A DNA stretch of 64,000 bases from an uncultured bacterium (GCA_963768305.1 CAVYHE010000003.1:148238-212237); one strand, 5' to 3'. Positions 30,214 through 40,658 are shown, counted from the first letter of the stretch. Notes: generated by a model from the sequence alone, not told the origin. Program-made: numbers and translations.

Positions 30214-31207
30214 ATGAGTGATATATATATCGATAGCTGCTTGCGGACAATTAGTCCGGGCTCAACAACTGTGGTCAAGCAACCTGCAAATGGGAAAGAC
30301 CTACAGGCATCCGTTGCTTTTGATCCCGATCAAACTACAGTTAAAGAACTGAAGGCTCAGCAAGTTCAATTAGGTATCCATTCTGTCAATCCGTGGATTG
30401 CGGAGCCGGACGTTACAAAGCAGAAAACAACTACGGGGATGACCTTGAAGGAGACGCTACTGTGGCCGATTCTATGGCCGATAAGAGAAACGGCTTATAA
30501 AATATGCAGCCATGAACAATTGGGGTATGTCAGCCCCATAGAGGTTTTTCAATCATTAGCTTCAACTAATGATTCTGTTTATACGGGTATTCGAGATTAT
30601 AGCTTTAAATCAAAAGGGCATAACTTAATAGATTATTCTAATAATCCGGTCCCTAATATTTTAAAGATCTATTTGTGTCTGGATCCCCAACACTCTTCCC
30701 GTATCTGAATATAGACCTCAAAATATAAGCGATAAATCCGATATAACTTATTATAGTATAAAACCTTGGAGTAAAATTACTGGACTTAATGAAATACAAT
30801 ATTACAGCAAGGTTAACGGGAAGCCGGATTATTATTGGCCGAAAGCTTTCTTGCTTAAACTATTAATATTAAAACCGGGCGAAATTACTTATCTTAATTG
30901 GGATCATTATTTTTCTCTTGTTGTTAAATCTAAGGTTGATTTGGGTAGCCGTTTAGTGTCTTTTGGGAAAGATGAAAAAGGTGTTTATTTAAGTGTTTAT
31001 GATGCTTGGGATTTTAAACCTGGCGACGGGTTTTATAAAGTAAATAAACCAGCAAATCTTTTTGAGCGAATGGAGCCAATTACAATGAATATGATAGGTA
31101 AGCCTATATATATTTACGATAGATTCTATATTTCTGAAAAAGCCATTAAACAAGCAATCGCAGACAGACAGCCTGATAACAAAGAGGAGATAGATTGGCA
31201 TGAGTGA
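30214..31207 (+). pseudogene. unassigned protein family, tandem paralogue 1 (~330 aa after correcting one +1 frame change near 30700)
   Basis: ORF 30139..30708 is conserved only from Met26, MSDIYIDSCL, at 30214. With ORF 30851..31207 it forms one gene: the sequence after the stop at 30706-30708 reads EYRPQNISDKSDITYYSIKPWS... in the next frame, matching paralogue 2. Paralogue 1 has one extra base relative to paralogue 2 in GATCCCCAACACTCTTCCCGTATCTGAATAT. Confidence 0.6.
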
Positions 31208-32208
31208 TATAACAATCGATAGCAGCTTAGCGGCTATAAACACAGGTCCAAAAACTTTGGTCAAGGAACAACCTGCAAAGGGAAAAGACCCACAGACACC
31301 CGTTGCTTTTAATTCTAATCAAACTACAGTTAAAGAACTGAGGGCTCAGCACGCACAATTGGGGAAGAGTCTGTCGATCCATGGATCGCGGAACCGGATA
31401 TTACAAATCAGAAAAAAAACGCGGGAACTGACTTTAAAAGATAAATTGCTGAGGCAGATAAGAAAAGTCGCATATACAATCTGCAGCTATAGAGAAGAAA
31501 GCGAGAGAAGGCCTGGTTTTAAAAGCATAATGGACATTTTTGAGGCATTGGTATGTAAAAGCCAAATTCCTTATATTGGCCTTAGGCAAGGGATGAATCC
31601 AAATTCTCCATTGTTATCTAAAACCGCCATAAATATTTTAAGGATCTATTTATGTTTAGATCCAAATACTCTTCCAATATCTGAATATCGCCCGCAATCC
31701 ATCAGCGATAAAGCTGACCAAATCTATTATAGTATTAAGCCATGGAGCGGAACACGCGAATTTTATGAAGCGAAAGAAAGAGCTATCCATCATTCGGGTC
31801 CGACCAGGATGATGATTATATTTGGACTTCAGAATTTTTACATAACTGTTACAACTTAAGCCCGGGGACATAACATACTTAAGCGGAGAACATTATCATA
31901 CTTCCGAAGGGTTTTTAAATTACATCGGGGATTCGCCCTATTATTCCGGTTATTCCTTGGGAAATTATCTTCTTTCTTTTGGCAGGGATAAACAAGGGGT
32001 TTTTATGAGCATTTATGATATCTATGATTTTAAGCCCAATGCAGGATATTATCATAGGGGATATTATAATGATAGACCACTAACGCTTTTGGATAGAATT
32101 GAACCAGTGTTATTATCCGCAGTAAGCAAGCCAATTTACATTTATGACAGATACTATTTATCTGAAAAAGACATTAAGAATGAACTTGACCGCAGGCAAA
32201 GAAGATAG
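31200..32208 (+). pseudogene. unassigned protein family, tandem paralogue 2 (~336 aa after correcting about 4 frame changes)
   Basis: The ATG at 31200 overlaps the stop of paralogue 1 by 8 nt, and GAGGAG lies 10 nt upstream. It shares these blocks with paralogue 1: MSDIxIDS, QTTVKELxAQ, (N/D)PWIAEPD, ILxIYLCLDPxxLPxSEYRPQ, YYSIKPWS, LKPGxITYL, SFGxDxxGV, YDxxDFKP and KPIYIYDRxYxSEK. The frame changes lie near 31360, 31412-31419, 31785 and 31845. Confidence 0.6.
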
Positions 32209-32246
32209 ATAGAGCCTCCCTTATTATTATGCTAAAATAGTCCCCT

Positions 32247-35200
32247 ATGTCTCGAGGTTTTATACATCTTCATGTGCATTCCGAATACAGCCTGCTTGAC
32301 GGCGCCAGCCGAATAGAGGACCTCGCAAAAAGGGCCAAAGACCTGGGAATGAAGGGAATGGCCATCACCGACCACGGAAGCATGTACGGCGCCGTGAAAT
32401 TTTACATGCAAATGAAGGAAGCCGGCATAAAACCGCTCATCGGAAGCGAGCTGTATGTCGCGCCAAACGGAAGATTCACCAAAAACACAGCTGAAGACAG
32501 GTCGCCATACCACCTGACCGCTCATCGCGAAGAACATGACCGGATATAAGAACCTGGTAAAACTCGTGTCAAAAGGCCACATCGAAGGGTTTTATTCCAG
32601 GCCGAGAGTGGACAGGGAGCTTATCGAACAATATAAGGACGGGCTTATAATCCTGTCAGGCTGCGCCAAGGGCGAGCTCGCCAGGCTGATCCTTGCCAAT
32701 GAAAACAAGAAAGCAAAAGAGCTTGCCGCGTTTTATAAAGAGCCTTTTCGGCGCGGATTACTATCTTGAGATGATGTACCACGGCATGACGGAACAGAAG
32801 AACAATCAATGCTTATCTTGAGAAACTCAGCAGGGAAATGGATATCCCTTGCGTCGCGACCAACGACTCCCATTACACGTTGAAGGATGACGCGAGGGGG
32901 CAGGACATAATGCTCTGCATCCAGACAGGATCTTTCCTTAATGATACCGACCGAATGAAATTCCCGCAACGAATTCTACATCAAATCTTACTCCGAAATG
33001 AAAAATAATTTTTCCGATAATGAGGACGCGCTTGCGAATACCGTCGAGGTCATGGAAAAATGCGAACTTGAACTCGATCTTGGCAGGTATTTGATACCCG
33101 GATTTCCCCGTCCCGTCCGGCGAGACAGCGGATTCATTCCTTGAAAAACTGAGTTTTGACGGCATCAATCAGAAATACGGGGTCAAGACAAAGGACAAAG
33201 TCGGGGAAAGAGATCATGGTCATCCCTCCCGAGATAAAGGACAGGGTCAAATACGAGCTTAGCGTCATCAAGCAGACGGGTTTCGCTTCATACTTTCTGA
33301 TAGTGAATGATTTCATAAATTTCGCCAGGTCCGCCGGCATCCAGGTCGGGCCGGGCCGCGGTTCCGCGGCGGGAAGCATCGTTTCATATTCTCTCGGGAT
33401 AACCAGCCTTGACCCTCTCAAATACGGGCTGATGTTCGAAAGGTTCCTGAACCCCGAGAGAATATCCATGCCTGATATCGACATGGATTTCTGCTATGAA
33501 AGGCGCCAGGAAGTCATAGATTACGTCGTGAAAAAATACGGGAAAGAACGCGTCGCCCAGATCATAACTTTCGGGACAATGGCGGCAAGGGCCGCAATAA
33601 GGGACGTTGGCCGGGTTGAACAGGTGCCTTTGTCGGAAGTGGATAAGATAGCGAAAATGGTCCCCATAATGAAGGACGTGACGCATCGATAAAGCGATGG
33701 CGGAGATCAAGGAATTAAAAGCCGCCTATGACAGGGACCCGAAGATAAAAGCGCTCATCGATGACGCAAAACGGATCGAAGGGATGGTGAGGCACGCGTC
33801 CACGCATGCCGCGGGCGTGGTCATATCAAAGGAAGAGCTTACCGATCTTGTTCCTGTCCAGCTTATAAATGATACTCAGACGATGACGCAGTACGACATG
33901 GATGACCTGAAAGAGCTGGGGATCTTGAAAATGGATTTCCTGGGGCTGCGGAACCTTTCGATGATCGCTCACGCGGTCGATATTATCAAGCATACAAAGA
34001 TATCGATCTGAACATTAAGGAACTTCCGACCGACGATACCGCTACTTACCAGCTTCTTTGCAGCGGGAACACGATAGGCATTTTCCAGCTGGAAAGCCGG
34101 GGAATGAGAGCGCTAATAAAAGACCTTAAGCCGACTTCTTTCGAGGAAATAATCCCGTTGATCGCTCTTTACCGTCCGGGCCCGATAGAGGGCGGAATGG
34201 TGGAAGATTTCGTCAAAAGGAAGCACAAACAGGTCGCCGTCAAATATGAGCTTCCGGAGCTGGAGCCGATACTGCGGGAAACCCACGGCGTCATACTTTA
34301 CCAGGAGCAGGTCATGGAGATAGCGAGCAAGATCGCCGGATTACACGCTGGCGCAGGCGGATGTTCTCAGGTCCGCCATGGGGAAGAAAAAAGAGAAGGA
34401 GATGCACGCGCAAAAAGAGAAATTCATCGAAGGCGCGAAGAAAAAAGGCTTCTCCGAGAATAAGGCGACCATACTTTTCAATCTCTGTTCCAAAGTTCGC
34501 GGGTTACGGCTTCAACAAGAGCCATTCCGCCTCATATTCGGTCATATCTTTCCAGACGGCATATCTAAAGGCGAATTATCCAGTGGAGTTCATGGCGTCG
34601 CTTCTCACATCCGTCACAGGCGATGCGGACAAGGTGAGCATGTACATATCCGAATGCCAGAAGATGAAAATAAAGGTCATGCCCCCGGATGTGAACGAAA
34701 GCTTGAAAGATTTCACCGTCGTCGGCGACGGGATAAGATTCGGATTGGTGGCGATAAAGAATGTCGGGATCGGAGCCGTGGAGAATATCATCGCCGTCCG
34801 GAAAAAGAGACGGCAAGTTCACTTCGCTTCTCGATTTCTGCGAAAGGGTCGACCTCCGCGCCGTGAATAAGCGTGTGGTGGAAAGCCTGATAAAGAGCGG
34901 GGCTTTTGACAGCATCGGCAGGAGAGCCGCTCTATTGAACAAGCTGGAATCGACTTTAGATAAAGCTGCTCTTACCCAAAAGGAAACATCCAACGGGCAA
35001 AGTTCGCTTTTCCAGATAGAAAAGAAGTCTTTTCATCATGGGGCTCCCGAGCCTGACGATGCCGCGGAATTCAATCCGGACGAGCTTCTAAAGATGGAAA
35101 AAGAAATGCTGGGGCTTTATATTTCCGGCCATCCGCTTGCTTCGTATCAGCGAACTTCTGGAGGAACAGGCGAAAACAAAAGCTTCCGATCTTGCCGAAA

Positions 35201-35697
35201 GGAAAGAAGGCGAAATGGTGACGGTCGGCGGGATACTTTCTTCCTGCAGAAAACTGACGACCAGGCGAAAAGAACTGATGATGGTGGCGAACATCGAGGA
35301 CATGACGGGGACCATTCCAGTGGTCATATTCCCGAGATCGTATGAAAAATATGCTTCGATGCTTTTTGATGATGCGATAGTCATCATAAAAGGCAAGGTA
35401 AACATGGATTCCATGAACGACGAAAAAAAAGTGATATGCGATATTGTAAAGCCGCTTTCAAAGAAGAGGGCGGTCGAAGGATATTCCATGTAAAGGTGGA
35501 TAAAGAGAAATTCAGCACTCTTCCGCAGTTGAAGAGCATTTTCGGCTCGTTCAAAGGGCAGGGATCCAGTTTATCTTCACATGGACGGCAAAATGGTGAA
35601 AGTGGGGGAGGAACATTATATTTCCATAGATCCCGCCATTGTTTCGCAGGTGGAAGATCTTCTTGGCAGGGACTCGGCTTGGGTGGATAATCAGTAA
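32247..35697 (+). pseudogene. dnaE: DNA polymerase III alpha subunit (DnaE); homology runs full length but crosses 14 frame changes
   Basis: It starts MSRGFIHLHVHSEYSLLDG (PHP domain). The conserved sequence can be followed through ORFs 32247, 32536, 33156, 33697, 34104, 34378, 34361, 34761, 35137 and 35436, plus short unlisted bridges, to the stop at 35695-35697 (..[10 protein letters not shown]). The coordinate-mod-3 frame path is 0,1,2,0,1,2,0,1,0,1,2,0,1,0,1. Confidence 0.9.
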
Positions 35698-35714
35698 AGA
35701 AAGGACGGATAAAT

Positions 35715-36035
35715 ATGGCGGTAATCGATGAATTGAAATTCGACAGCAAAGGCCTTATTCCGGCGATAGTCCAGGACGAGAAGACAAAGGATGTCCTAAT
35801 GATGGCTTACATGAACAAGGAATCTCTTAAAAAAACGCTGAAGGAGGGAAAAGCCTGCTACTGGAGCCGTTCAAGAAAAAAATTATGGACGAAAGGCGAG
35901 ACTTCCGGGAATTTCCAGCAAGTGAAAGCGATATATTATGACTGCGATATGGACACGCTTCTTCTCATGGTGGACCAAACGGGTGCCGCGTGCCATACAG
36001 GGAACCGCAGCTGCTTCTTCAGGAAATTGACTTAA
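35715..36035 (+). CDS. hisI: phosphoribosyl-AMP cyclohydrolase
   Basis: 106 aa reading [25 protein letters not shown]...[17 protein letters not shown]...[19 protein letters not shown]. Confidence 0.88.
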   Translation: MAVIDELKFDSKGLIPAIVQDEKTKDVLMMAYMNKESLKKTLKEGKACYWSRSRKKLWTKGETSGNFQQVKAIYYDCDMDTLLLMVDQTGAACHTGNRSCFFRKLT

Positions 36036-36074
36036 GATTTTGTACCTTGTTCGTTTAATATTGCGATTTGCCTG

Positions 36075-36799
36075 GTGCTTGGAATTTGGTCATTGGTAAT
36101 TTGTCCCTTACCTGCTAATGCTCAAGGGACCATCGAAACATTTTCAATGCCGATTTCGTTTGTAACAGGATCGATATGGAACGGCGACAGGCACAGGAAC
36201 GTGGTCGCTCTCACGTTCGACGACGGCCCAAAGCCTGAATTTTGCCAGCCGATACTGGATATACTTGACAAATACGGGGCGAAAGCGACTTTTTTTGTTG
36301 TCGGCAAAGAGGCGCAGGATAATCCGGACCTGATCATGCGGATGGAGAACAGCGGCCATGAGATCGGTAACCACACTTATTCCCATACTTCCGTAAAGGA
36401 CAGGCCGGTCGGCGACGCGCTGTCGGATATCCAAAAATGCAGCGAAGTAATATATAATATAACCGGCAAACAGCCGAAGTATTTCCGTCCTCCCGGAGGC
36501 GGCTATAACCAGGCAATTCAAAGGGTTTAAAGAGGATGGGGCTTCGGACGGTTTACTGGTCATTGAACGCGGGGGATTTCATTGATATCACGCCCGGATA
36601 CGAAGTCCCGGATGATTTCCAGAAAATGGCAGATGCTCTTTCAAAAAAGATCATCGATAAGGCTCAGCCGGGGGATATAATACTTTTGCATAACGGGAGC
36701 GAGCAGACCGTAAGGGCGTTGCCTGTCATATTGAAGGAGTTAAAAGCAAAAGGCTACAGTTTCGTGACGATAAGCGATCTTATAGGAGAAAATAACTGA
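36075..36799 (+). pseudogene. polysaccharide deacetylase (CE4, NodB homology domain), frame broken once
   Basis: ORF 36075..36530 reads VALTFDDGP...ATFFVVG...GHEIGNHTYSH...YFRPPGGGYN. ORF 36536..36799 reads ..MGLRTVYWSLNAGD..ILLHNG... The frame change is near 36505-36515. There is a signal-peptide-like N-terminus. Confidence 0.8.
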
Positions 36800-37561
36800 T
36801 GCTGGCAAGAAGGATAATACCATGCCTGGATGTTACGGAGGGACGCGTCGTAAAAGGCGTGAAATTTGTCGACCTCAAGGACGCCGGCGACCCGGTTGAG
36901 CTGGCGGCTTTTTACGATAAAGAAGGCGCGGACGAACTGACTTTCCTTGATATCACCGCTTCCGCGCAAAATCGCTACATAATGATCGATATCGTCCGAA
37001 AAGTGGCGGAAAAGGTCTTTATCCCTTTCACCGTCGGCGGCGGGATAAACGACATCGAAAATGATCAAAGAGATACTTAAGTCCGGCGCGGACAAAGTTT
37101 CGATCAATACCGCGGCGATAAAAGATCCCGACCTCATCAAAAAGGCCTCTGATAAATTCGGCAGCCAGTGCATCGTGGTCGCGATCGATGCAAAGAAAAA
37201 TTCAGACAAGCCGTCCTGGGAAGTTTATGTGAATGGCGGAAGGACGCCGACAGGCATCGATGCGGTGGAATGGGCGAAAACGGCGGAAAAACTCGGCGCT
37301 GGAGAGATACTTTTGACCAGCATGGACAAGGACGGGACAAAGAACGGTTACGATCTTGAGCTGACAAAAACGATATCGAGGGGCGTTAATATACCGGTGA
37401 TCGCTTCAGGCGGGGCCGGTTCCATGGAGCATGTATATGAAGCTCTTACCCGCGGAGGAGCTGATGCGGCCCTTCTTGCCTCCTGCCTCCATTACTGCGA
37501 ATTCAGCATAAAGGAATTGAAGGGATATCTCTCCAGAAAAGGGATCCCTGTAAGATTATAA
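36799..37561 (+). pseudogene. hisF: imidazole glycerol phosphate synthase cyclase subunit HisF, frame broken once
   Basis: ORF 36799..37080 reads [23 protein letters not shown]...[11 protein letters not shown] 37061..37561 reads ..[17 protein letters not shown]...IVVAIDAK...[24 protein letters not shown] +1 shift lies near 37050. Confidence 0.9.
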
Positions 37562-37563
37562 AA

Positions 37564-38391
37564 ATGGGCATCAATCAATATCTTTCAAAAAGAAGAGCGG
37601 TCGTTGATAAAGCATTGGTCCGATATCTTCCCAAAGGGGATAAATATTCAAAATTACTTAGTGATGCCGTTCGATACTCCGTCATGTCCGGCGGGAAAAG
37701 GATAAGGCCGATGCTTGCGCTGGCTGCCTGCGAAGCTGTTTCCGGAAGCTATAAACAGGCTGTTCCTGTCGCTGCGGCGGTCGAAATGATCCACACTTAC
37801 ACATTGATCCACGACGACCTTCCCGCGATGGATGATGATGATACACGCAGGGGAAAGCCGTCCAATCATAAAGTTTTCGGGGAAGATGCGGCGATACTTG
37901 CAGGCGATATGCTGAATACTTTAGCTTTTGAGATAATTGCCAAAAATTGCGGGGATCGATCAGCCGGGATCATCTCTGAACTTTCAAAAGCGCTGGGGAT
38001 CGACGGCGTGGTAGGGGGGCAGATGGCAGATCTCAGGGCTAAAGATAAGAAGATCGATCTTGCTGAACTCAATTATATCGGTCTGCATAAGACGGCGGAC
38101 CTCTTCGTCGCAAGTGTTCGATGCGGCGCGATAGCGGGTTCGGCGAAGTCCTCGGAAATATCGAAATTAACGGCTTATGCCCGTCATCTGGGACTTGCGT
38201 TTCAGATTATTGATGATATATTAGACCATAAGCGAAGCTCAAAGAACGATTATCCCGCGCTTCTCGGCATGGATAAAGCCAAAGAACTGGCCCGATCGGA
38301 GATCCGGAAAGCGTTAAAATCTTTGCCCGGCGGTCCGAATTTCGATGTTTTCAAGGATATCGCCGTTTATCTGGCTCAAAGAAAGGATTGA
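37564..38391 (+). CDS. ispA: polyprenyl diphosphate synthase (farnesyl/geranylgeranyl diphosphate synthase, IspA type)
   Basis: 275 aa with the first DDxxD motif in LIHDDLPAMDDDDTRRGKPSNH and the second in FQIIDDILD. Confidence 0.88.
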   Translation: MGINQYLSKRRAVVDKALVRYLPKGDKYSKLLSDAVRYSVMSGGKRIRPMLALAACEAVSGSYKQAVPVAAAVEMIHTYTLIHDDLPAMDDDDTRRGKPSNHKVFGEDAAILAGDMLNTLAFEIIAKNCGDRSAGIISELSKALGIDGVVGGQMADLRAKDKKIDLAELNYIGLHKTADLFVASVRCGAIAGSAKSSEISKLTAYARHLGLAFQIIDDILDHKRSSKNDYPALLGMDKAKELARSEIRKALKSLPGGPNFDVFKDIAVYLAQRKD

Positions 38392-38392
38392 T

Positions 38393-38776
38393 ATGCTCAA
38401 AGCTTTTATTATCGGCTCATTTTTGAACATTACGCTGATGACCGCGCTTGTCTCAATGCTTTTAGCGCAGATATTGAAGATAATTTATTATTTTATAGTG
38501 GAAAAAAGGATCAATTTGATCCATTTCTTTGAGGCGGGCGGCATGCCGTCTTCTCACTCCGCACTTGTTTGTTCCCTTGTGACAATAGTGGGCTTGCGCC
38601 AGGGATTTGATTCAGTGTTCTATGCAGTGGTCTTTGTTTTTGCGGTGATCGTGATGTACGATGCGATGAAGGTCCGTCATGAAGATGTAGGGCATACCCT
38701 TGTTGAAGTATCCACAGGAGGCATTCTCGGCATCATAATTTCATTGATATCAAATTTATATCTCTTCAGAGGTTAA
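38393..38776 (+). CDS. divergent PAP2 family membrane protein (DUF212)
   Basis: The conserved part starts at the ATG at 38393 (MLKAFIIGSF..) and contains the motif GGMPSSHSALV. The ORF-track start at 38345 lies inside ispA. Confidence 0.7.
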   Translation: MLKAFIIGSFLNITLMTALVSMLLAQILKIIYYFIVEKRINLIHFFEAGGMPSSHSALVCSLVTIVGLRQGFDSVFYAVVFVFAVIVMYDAMKVRHEDVGHTLVEVSTGGILGIIISLISNLYLFRG

Positions 38777-38777
38777 T

Positions 38778-40658
38778 GTGCCGGAATTACTTTCCAATCT
38801 GAACCTTCCTTATGATCTGAGGCATTTGTCCTCTTCACAGTTGGAAGATCTTGCAAAAGAGGTAAGGTCGCTTATCATAGAAACGACTTCACGCGTCGGC
38901 GGTCATCTTTCTTCATCACTTGGGGCCGTCGAGCTGGCCCTGGCTATCCACGCTGTCTATGATTCACCGAAGGACAAGATCTTGTGGGACGTGGGCCATC
39001 AGGCGTATGCCCATAAGATATTGACCAGCAGGAGCTCAAAGTTCGGTACGCTGCGTCAGCTTGGCGGTATTTCCGGATTTCCGAACAAGGATGAATCCCC
39101 TCACGACCCGTTCACTGTCGGCCATGCGAGCAATTCTATATCTCTGGCACTTGGTCTTGCAAAAGCGAGAGAGCTTTCCGGCGAAAAATATAATGTAGTG
39201 AGCGTCATTGGTGACGGTTCTATTTCCGGCGGCCTGGCGTTGGAGGGGATGAATAATCTTATAGGATTAAAAGACAATCTCGTCATTATCCTTAACGATA
39301 ACCAGCTTTCCATTTCCAAGAATGTCGGAGCGATCGCCGATTATTTCACAAAACTCCGTACAAGCAGTACTTATGTTAACTTCAGGAACAGGGTGGAGAA
39401 GATGCTCGAGCGCATCCCGAGGATAGGCGACAATCTGGTCAAACGGGCCGAGAATATGAAGAACCGGCTAAAGCATTTCGTCGTTGATTTCAATGTCGGG
39501 GTCATTATCGAAGAGCTCGGCATTAGATATCTCGGGCCCATCGACGGGCATAACATCCCCCTCCTTATCGGGACGCTTCAATACGCGAAGGAAGTTAAAG
39601 GACCGATAGTTGTGCATGTGCATACACAAAAAGGCAAAGGATATAATCCTTCGGAAACGGATCCGACGAAATTCCATGGAATAGCCCCTTTTAATATAGA
39701 GACCGGAAAAGTGATATCAAAAAGCGAAGTCCCGACATACACATCGGTTTTTGGCAAAACCCTTGCAAATCTTGCTGAGCGGAACGATAAGATCCTTGCT
39801 GTAACAGCCGCGATGCTGGATGGCACCGGCCTGGATGAATTTTATAGAACATATCCAAATAGATTGTTCGATGTCGGTATAGCCGAAGAACACGCGGTGA
39901 CTTTTTCAGCCGGGCTTGCAAAAGCGGGCTTCAAGCCGGTCGTTGCTGTTTATTCAACTTTTCTTCAGCGTGCGTATGATGAGATCGTTCATGATATTTG
40001 CCTGCAGAACCTCCCGGTTGTTTTTGCTATTGACCGCGCCGGCATAGTCGGGGAGGACGGGGCGACCCATAACGGGATATTTGATATCGCTTATCTTCGA
40101 CATATCCCCAATCTGACTTTAATGGCGCCAAAAGATGAGAATGAGCTTCAGCACATGCTGGCTGCTGCCTTCGATCATAACGGTCCGATCGCTATCAGAT
40201 ATCCCCGGGGACAGGGAATAGGTATAGGTTTGGATGCAGGATTCAAGAAAATCGAGATCGGCAAAGCTGAAATTGTGTATACATCCCATCTCTCATCTCC
40301 CACCTCTCATCTCCTGATTATTGCCATCGGTTCCATGGTCTACCCGGCGATCAAGGCGGCGAAGCTAGCGGAAAAGAACGGAATAAGTTCTACGGTGGTC
40401 AATGCAAGGTTCGCCAAGCCGCTTGATAGCGAACTTATTATCAAGTTGGCAAAGGCAGCAGATAAGGTTGTTACGGTCGAAGAGGGTGTGTTGGATGGTG
40501 GATTTGGAAGTGCTATCACTGAACTTTTGTCCGATCAAGGGATCCAAAAACCCGTCAAAAGGATCGGCCTGCCGTCACAGTTCATTGAACACGGGAAAAG
40601 GTCTCAGATACTGGACATATACGGCCTTACCCCGGAAAAAATAGCTTCCGCTTTTTGA
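38778..40658 (+). CDS. dxs: 1-deoxy-D-xylulose-5-phosphate synthase
   Basis: 626 aa and intact, reading GGHLSSSLGAVELALAIH...DVGHQAYAHKILT...GHASNSISLALG...VIGDGSISGG. Confidence 0.95.
   Translation: MPELLSNLNLPYDLRHLSSSQLEDLAKEVRSLIIETTSRVGGHLSSSLGAVELALAIHAVYDSPKDKILWDVGHQAYAHKILTSRSSKFGTLRQLGGISGFPNKDESPHDPFTVGHASNSISLALGLAKARELSGEKYNVVSVIGDGSISGGLALEGMNNLIGLKDNLVIILNDNQLSISKNVGAIADYFTKLRTSSTYVNFRNRVEKMLERIPRIGDNLVKRAENMKNRLKHFVVDFNVGVIIEELGIRYLGPIDGHNIPLLIGTLQYAKEVKGPIVVHVHTQKGKGYNPSETDPTKFHGIAPFNIETGKVISKSEVPTYTSVFGKTLANLAERNDKILAVTAAMLDGTGLDEFYRTYPNRLFDVGIAEEHAVTFSAGLAKAGFKPVVAVYSTFLQRAYDEIVHDICLQNLPVVFAIDRAGIVGEDGATHNGIFDIAYLRHIPNLTLMAPKDENELQHMLAAAFDHNGPIAIRYPRGQGIGIGLDAGFKKIEIGKAEIVYTSHLSSPTSHLLIIAIGSMVYPAIKAAKLAEKNGISSTVVNARFAKPLDSELIIKLAKAADKVVTVEEGVLDGGFGSAITELLSDQGIQKPVKRIGLPSQFIEHGKRSQILDIYGLTPEKIASAF

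Noticed and set aside
34361-34870. Two ~165-aa ORFs overlapping in different frames (34361..34870 and 34378..34866), which look like overlapping genes
   Set aside because: Both are dnaE read in the right and the wrong frame on either side of the frame change near 34485. Each is conserved only over the part that matches DnaE.
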